A stretch of 64,000 nucleotides of DNA from positions 284,456,001 to 284,520,000 of the forward strand of contig OZ024742.1 in assembly GCA_964016885.1 (NCBI GenBank). The letters are read 5' to 3'. Shown here in pieces: positions 57,058 to 64,000 of the stretch. The position numbers and the translations under genes were made by a program. Source of the DNA: Eledone cirrhosa (taxonomy: Eukaryota). A model generated the notes under the pieces. The model was not told the origin of the DNA and ran no database searches. It saw nothing but the letters and a program-made list of their open reading frames with translations. Position 1 is the first letter of the stretch; the number at the start of each line of letters is the position of its first letter.

Positions 57058-57419
57058 TTGATTGACTTATCATTTCATCAGTCAACACAGAAATTCCTGC
57101 CCATTTTCAACACATGTATTGTGTTTGGTTGATATTTTCGCAAAGTATATTTTTTTTAAACTTGTACAGTTGCTGATATGGTCAACTACTGATCCTTCGT
57201 CCATGTTCGTGCCACGCCTTCATAATCAAGATCTTTGACCAAATTCGTTGTAGTGTGCTGTCATGCTCTGTCAATTCAACTTAAGGCGGTAAATTGGATG
57301 AGTCGTTAGAACGATGGGTCGAATGATTTGCGATATTCGATCTGGCTTTGAGCTCAAATTCCACCGAGTAAAGTTCGCCTTTCATCCTTTCGAGATCGAT
57401 AGTATGCCAGCCCTTTATT

Positions 57420-57506
<87 letters not shown>

Positions 57507-57846
57507 GAGGCTGTGTGATTACAAATAAATATTATTTAAATAACACGTGGGTGAAAACACGGAAGACACAAATACAAGGACAATTCCCGCTCATCAGCTG
57601 TCTTCTGTGAATCACTAGAATTTCGAATGCATTAAAGACAGGACTATTCACCACAGTGCATTAATAGATAAATGGATAGCTGCCCGGGAAGAAACACAAC
57701 GGACGATGGACGAAGAAAAACAACAAAAAGCACAAATAAATAAATAAATAATGACATATGGATATGGAACGGGAAAAGATATGAAGAAGGCAGCACACGT
57801 ATGTATGGTTAGTAACCAGAGGGGGACATACACACACACATATATG

Positions 57847-58930
57847 TATTTGTTCTGCAGGATACTTGATGTGAAATCGTATGTTGAAACCAATATTGTT
57901 ATATTTGAGGATGGTCATGTTGCCAACATTTCCAATAGAAAGAAATACACGCACCATATAATTTTCACTTTATTTCTATAGTTCGTTATTCATTTGTTTA
58001 TAAAAGTTCTTTCGTCACACATTCTGTGACATCCTCAATGATTATCTGTTTTGTAACTCCTCTTTTTCCTGTCTTAAACTTCTGCTCCATCTTGTCTTTA
58101 TTCGTTTTGTGGTACATTTTTTGTGTTTCGTATCTGCAGAGGCGTTTGCGCCTGTGTCTCTGTATGCGTGTATGTATTTTTGTGTTTGTCATGCCTATAT
58201 GTGTTTTATGTATGTTTGGTTTTGTATTGTTTGCTGTTTTGCTGTTTGTGTCATTTTTTTCTTATTATTCTGCCTTCAGCCATTAAGTTGTGGGCTGTTA
58301 CTATTCCACTCATGTTTTCTGTTTAGGCTAGAACTATCTTCTATTATGTGAGTGGGTTCTGTGATTTGTCTGAGTGTTGTGTTAGTTCTATGTGTAGATA
58401 TATTTATTTATTATTTAAATAAAGAAATAAATCTACACATAGAACTAACACAACACTCAGACAAATCATAGAAGCCACTCACATAATAGAGTTCTATGTG
58501 TAGATAGGTTCTTTATTTTTATGTTATCTATTGAGCCCTCGAGTTCTAGTTTCGTATGCTGATATAGCACTGATGAGCTTTTTTCCCCCTTATGTTCTCG
58601 CCAGTATTCCTTTAATCTCTACGTCCCTCCCCCTATCTCTCTCTTATATATGTCATTGTCTTGTTTCTGCATCGTCCCTCTGTACATGTTATCCTATAGA
58701 CTATATTTCTAGTTTTACAGTTTATATGTCGGCTTATCTTACAGACTATACAGTTTCTATCAGTACAGGGTGTTTTCCTAAAGAGGTATGCCCTACTGAT
58801 GCGGTGTTTTATGGTAGCTCCTGTTTTTTCTATTACTTTAATTCTAAGGTTCATTTTTTCTAAAGCTCTTCTAAAACTATACGCAAGTTCGCCTCTAGGG
58901 GTAGCATGAACGAACATGACACGAACATAA
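57847..58930 (-). mobile_element. Diverged Penelope-like fragment (GIY-YIG, pLTR with degenerate HHR, ORF-start tail)
   Basis: MFVHATPRGELAYSFRRAL...CKTRNIVYRITC, homologous to the 10800-12011 ORF; degenerate HHR at ~58000-58045; MTILKYNNIGFNIRF at 57918; internal inversion ~58325-58490. Confidence 0.85.
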
Positions 58931-59349
58931 GGTCGAAAAAGAGACACAAAACAGATAATAATTGAAGAGATTTCTTATGTGGGAATTTTTTCTTTTCTAT
59001 ATTTTTTTTTTTCGTCTGTGTTCGACCGATCTGTCATCCAACTCACTCGCCAACCACTTCTTTATCCAAAAACGGAGGGAGGAGTGAGGGGGACCCATGG
59101 AGTTATAGATAAGCACATCTCAGCCGTTTAAATTTATAGAAAAGCACCCGCTGGCGATCGAGATCAATTTTTTTTCCTAGATTTTTTTCTTGTTTTCAAC
59201 TAATCGCAATCGCATTCTTTTTCGGAAACGGAACCCTCAGATTTTCTCAGTCTCGGAGATTTCTTCAGTGGGAATAACTGAGGCGAAAGAGAAGGGGACC
59301 CTCGGAGTTACAGATAAGCACCTCCCAGCCGTTTAAATTTATAGAAAAG

Positions 59350-60224
59350 CAATCCTTTGATACTGAAGGATTTTGTATTATTGTGGAAAGCGTTGTAAAC
59401 CTAATTAATCAAGTGTTCTCCAATTTCGAAATCCGACATTCCAATGTGCAGTTGCTGTATGAAAGAGCAATCCGCCCCCCCCCCCTCCAAGCAAAAAATA
59501 TCACGGTTAATACCATGAACAAAAATCTCTCACAAATGATCCCTGGAGGTAGCCAGACCTATAAATCTATCAACAAAGTTGTCAACGAGGATGATGCTGT
59601 TTATTATCCTATTGAATTTCTCAACAGTCTGGAACCATCCGGTATGCTGCCACACAACCTTGAATTGAAGAAGAACACAGTCACCATGTTTCTCAGAAAC
59701 CTGGATCAGCCATGATTGTGCAATGGGAGGCGTATGGTTGTAACTGAACTACAACCTCACATTATCGAAGCCCAAATCTTCACTGGATGTGGTAAGGGAG
59801 ACATCGAACTTATACCTAGAATATCGCTAATACCAACAGATGTTCCCTTTCGTTTCAAACGATTGCAATTCCCAGTGAGCATCAGTTATGCAGTGACTAT
59901 TAACAAATCCCAAGGTCAAACCCTGCAGGTTGTCTCCATCTAGAAGTGAGCTATTTCTCACATGGTCAATTGAATGTAAGTTATTCCAGACTAGGAAGAC
60001 CCCACAGACTCTTCATATATGCTCCAAAGAAAAAAAGTTTAAAACATTGTATATACTGAAGTTTGTAGAATACATTTTTGTATTATTTTCTCTATTACTT
60101 TCTGTATTTAGATATTCTAAATAAATTTTAAAAATTATGTTATGCAATATTTTTGTTTGTTGATAGATGATGATAGGAGCCTTATAAATAGATTTGAGCA
60201 CAGTACAGACCGGGAGACCACTAA
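59350..60224 (+). mobile_element. Helitron 3' portion (Pif1-family helicase pseudogene + putative 3' terminus)
   Basis: EFLNSLEPSGMLPHNL...LRNL...CNGRR...FKRLQFPV...TINKSQGQTL with stops; ends gaccgggagaccacta before TA. Confidence 0.85.
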
Positions 60225-60239
60225 TATATATATACATAC

Positions 60240-60279
<40 letters not shown>

Positions 60280-60296
60280 CCATTAACATTACAAGG

Positions 60297-60381
60297 GGTA
60301 TGACGAGCCGCGGTTTACAGAGTCGGGTCAGATCGATACAGATCGAACCTTGAGGTGATCAGTGGCGAAACGCGCGTCACC
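60297..60381 (+). ncRNA. Hammerhead-like motif with long stem II (C3 mutated to A)
   Basis: ggt-ATGACGA-gccgc...gtggc-GAAA-cgcgcg-TC-acc, followed by AATAAA. Confidence 0.55.
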
Positions 60382-60686
60382 AACCAATAAACGTAATGAA
60401 GGAGTAACCAATCGTCCTTGTTATCTTATTTCACTATAATACACTCTGTCTAGCTCTACACATCGACACTGAAATGAACCTAAACATCGAGTACTCACGC
60501 AGGTGAACCTACAGTAACTCCAAGTTACACTCCCTGGATATATATATATTAAAATAACAGATTAAAGTTTAAGCAAAGAATCGCTGCTTTCACCCTTAAC
60601 GAGATGTTCTGAAACTAACAAAGTCAATCTGTGAACGCAGAAGTGAATATTTCAAAAAAACGTTGCAACCGGAGGAAGACAGGAAA

Positions 60687-60957
60687 CGTTCCCTGGCAAA
60701 GAACGGCAAAAAACGAATATAATACGTCATTAATAGGAGCGGTGAAAAACAATTACACGCAAAAACAAAACCACATTTATGGTATAAAAAAAGTCGTAGA
60801 CTAATATTCTATTAGGTGGTTCATAGAGACGTTCTCTGGCAATGAACGGAAAAAACGAAGATAATACGTCATATGTGGAGCTGGAAGAACAATTGCACGC
60901 AAAGACAAAACCACGTAAATGGTATAACTGAAGTCGTAGACAAAAATTCTAACTAGG
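60687..60957. repeat. Diverged tandem duplication, ~143-bp unit x2
   Basis: cgtt.ctggcaa.gaacgg...gtcgtagac...tagg occurs twice. Confidence 0.75.
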
Positions 60958-61105
60958 AAACCGAATGATTCTCGGCTTCAGAGTTAAGAATAAAGTAAAT
61001 AAAATACAGAGGTAATTGAAATTAAATAAATACATACAGGCATCCATATACGTACATACACAAGCATACGCGAAAACACTCGCCATAGGTATACAAATAC
61101 ACGCA

Positions 61106-61217
<112 letters not shown>

Positions 61218-61779
61218 AACCGCACGCCCATACAGAACCCACGCAACGCCTGTACCCGCACGTATACGAATATATACACCAAATACACATAAAAATATAT
61301 ATAAAAATAAATATATATATATATGTGTGTGTGTGTGTGCGTATATACATATAATTAAATAAACGTATATAAATAAATAAATATGTATATAACAAGCGCA
61401 CACACATACCTACATGTAAATACACATGTTCGGAGACGTACGTCAACCAAAACACGAAGTACACATATACACACAGCCTACATACGCACGAACGCGCATA
61501 CTCACACAGACGCAAAACTCACGTATACACATACCAAAAGCATATGTACCAGAATATATAATATATATGCCAAAACATATACAATCAAATATACGTACGA
61601 GAAAGTATACGTACCTTCACAAAACATACAGTTAATATATACTTATCTATACAAATAAGTAAAGGTATAAACATAACATATGGTTAGCTACCACATCAAG
61701 ACGTAAAATATCCGCGTATAGTTCGTACTATCCGTTAGGGTATAATGTGGGGTTATAATACAGGAAAGTTTTGTGCAAT

Positions 61780-62020
61780 TTATGTTTACAAGCCAAAATT
61801 GCCTCAGATTTTTTGCTTAAGATGGTTTAAGATGTGGTCTTTTAAGATATGGTCTTTCCAGAGCCTCAGCGGCGCAGAGGTCACATGGTCTTTTATTTCC
61901 GTTATACGATCTAGCCCTAGCTAGGATCTCCCAGTGTAACTTATATTGGGTGTGGTTGTCTTTTAGACTCCAGATATAAGCTGAAAGTGACGTCATATTC
62001 CTTCTTAAAGGGTTATGCAT
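61780..62020 (-). pseudogene. PLE GIY-YIG endonuclease C-terminal fragment (second PLE lineage)
   Basis: TSLSAYIWSLKD...WEILARARSY...CDLC..E. Confidence 0.7.
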
Positions 62021-62093
62021 GGGTATGCATAATGGGTATGCATGTAAAGACTCTGCTTGAATCTATTGGCGGTTAATCTGAGGCAATTATATA

Positions 62094-62149
<56 letters not shown>

Positions 62150-62156
<7 letters not shown>

Positions 62157-62833
62157 ATACTTTGGGAGGGTCATGTTGCCAATAAGAAACACACGCACCA
62201 GTTACTTTCACTTCAATTTATTATAAATTAAATTTATAAATTTAGGAATTTATAAATTTCCGGTTGGTTGGTTGGTTCCACAACCAGACGATTGTTCATA
62301 TATTGTCAAAGTTCTTTCGTCACACATTCTGTGACCTCTTCAGTGACTGGGGATTCTTTTCTTTGTTTTTGTGCCTCTCCTTTGTTCTGTCCTACGCCAT
62401 CTTGTTTTTGTGTGTGTTAGTGTGTTGTGTGCTTAGTTTTCGCATGTGTTACGTCCGGGTGTCTGTGTGTGTTTATATTTGTTTATTTATTTGTTTATTT
62501 ACATGTTACTGGTTGGTTGTTTATTCTATGTGTGTGTGTTTTTATTTTGTCCTTAATTGTGATGTTGCTAAGAATCCCCAGTCACTGAAGAGGTCACAGA
62601 ATGTGTGACGAAAGAACGTTGACAATATATGAACAATCGTCTGGTTGTGGAACCAACCAGCCAACCGGAAATTTATAAATTCCTAAATTTATAAATTTAA
62701 TTTATAATAAATTGAAGTGAAAGCAACTGGTGCGTGTGTTTCTTATTGGCAACATGACCCTCCCAAAGTATAACAATATCGGTTTCAACACACGTTTTCA
62801 GATAAAGAATCTTGTTAAACAAATTCAGAAACG

Positions 62834-62834
<1 letters not shown>
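62150..62834. mobile_element. Solo fold-back pLTR of the 9-12 kb PLE family, with two HHRs
   Basis: 62150-62565 is an inverted pLTR; 62572-62834 is a sense partial pLTR + ORF start. HHRs at 62305-62347 (-) and 62581-62623 (+; U16.1 changed to G). Confidence 0.88.
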
Positions 62835-62860
<26 letters not shown>

Positions 62861-62867
<7 letters not shown>

Positions 62868-64000
62868 GATCGAGTATCGAAAAATCGGCGCACGAGTTAA
62901 CGAAAAACGAAATCCGATATGAGCGGCAGAGGGCTCAATAATTCAGATGAATCAGAGCTATAACTATCGTTAAAATACCGTCACATATAGAACAAGTCTA
63001 CAATCAACCATACGATTTAAAATCGATAAAGGAAGATTCGGGCCAAACAGATAAAAAATATCAATAAAACAATACGTCAATAATTTAAATGAATGTAAAA
63101 TCATACCCGGACCCACTAGAAAGGTGTTAAATCTAGCTTCATGGGTTTCTGTAAATCCTTAGACAGTACTCTATCAGCTCACATATAAATATAAAAGCCT
63201 ACTAGAATAAGTGGAATGGAGTTTACGTTGTCAACGAGTTTTATCCTGGCGGCAAAGGAGTCAACTAGCGGTGAAAAACGCACATGGCATTAGACAAGGG
63301 AGATGACCCCTATATCCGCGAAAATAATTCGAGTGAATGTGGAAATACACATATCGAATTAGAGTGCTCAATAGACATGTTAAAATAAAACAAAAGCTAT
63401 TCATCACTCAATAGAATCGACAAAATATGAGCAATAAAATTAACTGGTGGATAGCTATGTCCAGAGCTAAATATATTAGAAAGATCGAGTATCGAAAAAT
63501 CGGCGCACGAGTTAACGAAAAACGAAATCCGATATGAGCGGCAGAGGGCTCAATAATTCAGATGAATCAGAGCTATAACTATCGTTAAAATACCGTCACA
63601 TATAGAACAAGTCTACAATCAACCATACGATTTAAAATCGATAAAGGAAGATTCGGGCCAAACAGATAAAAAATATCAATAAAACAATACGTCAATAATT
63701 TAAATGAATGTAAAATCATACCCGGACCCACTAGAAAGGTGTTAAATCTAGCTTCATGGGTTTCTGTAAATCCTTAGACAGTACTCTATCAGCTCACATA
63801 TAAATATAAAAGCCTACTAGAATAAGTGGAATGGAGTTTACGTTGTCAACGAGTTTTATCCTGGCGGCAAAGGAGTCAACTAGCGGTGAAAAACGCACAT
63901 GGCATTAGACAAGGGAGATGACCCCTATATCCGCGAAAATAATTCGAGTGAATGTGGAAATACACATATCGAATTAGAGTGCTCAATAGACATGTTAAAA
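62861..64000. repeat. 615-bp tandem repeat (at least 1.85 apparently identical units, runs off window)
   Basis: Units start at 62861 and 63476. Confidence 0.9.

Noticed and set aside
57575-57600. CTGATGA on the minus strand as a hammerhead
   Set aside because: No GAAA or stem III follows.
59383-59943. Host PIF1 helicase gene
   Set aside because: Intronless fragment with stops, followed by a Helitron-like terminus.

Overview
AT-rich, microsatellite-saturated eukaryotic DNA. The SINE families and repeat texture suggest a cephalopod (Octopus-like); this is inferred, not verified. No host gene is confidently identifiable, and most ORF-track entries are translated microsatellites. The window is a mosaic of transposons: Penelope-like elements (PLEs; RT + GIY-YIG), a nearly complete L1/Tx1-type LINE embedded with 5'-truncated siblings in (TAGA)n, degraded RTE LINEs, a mariner remnant, Helitron fragments, a CRE-like endonuclease fragment and two tRNA-derived SINE families. 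The most notable structure is about 15 minimal hammerhead ribozyme (HHR) motifs from at least 5 sequence families, including a U3-A8 core variant with stem covariation. They sit in PLE pseudo-LTRs and in short non-coding fold-back elements with fixed asymmetric ends next to (TA)n. Also notable are a ~615-bp terminally redundant/tandem non-coding element and apparent (GATA)n target specificity of the Tx1-like LINE.
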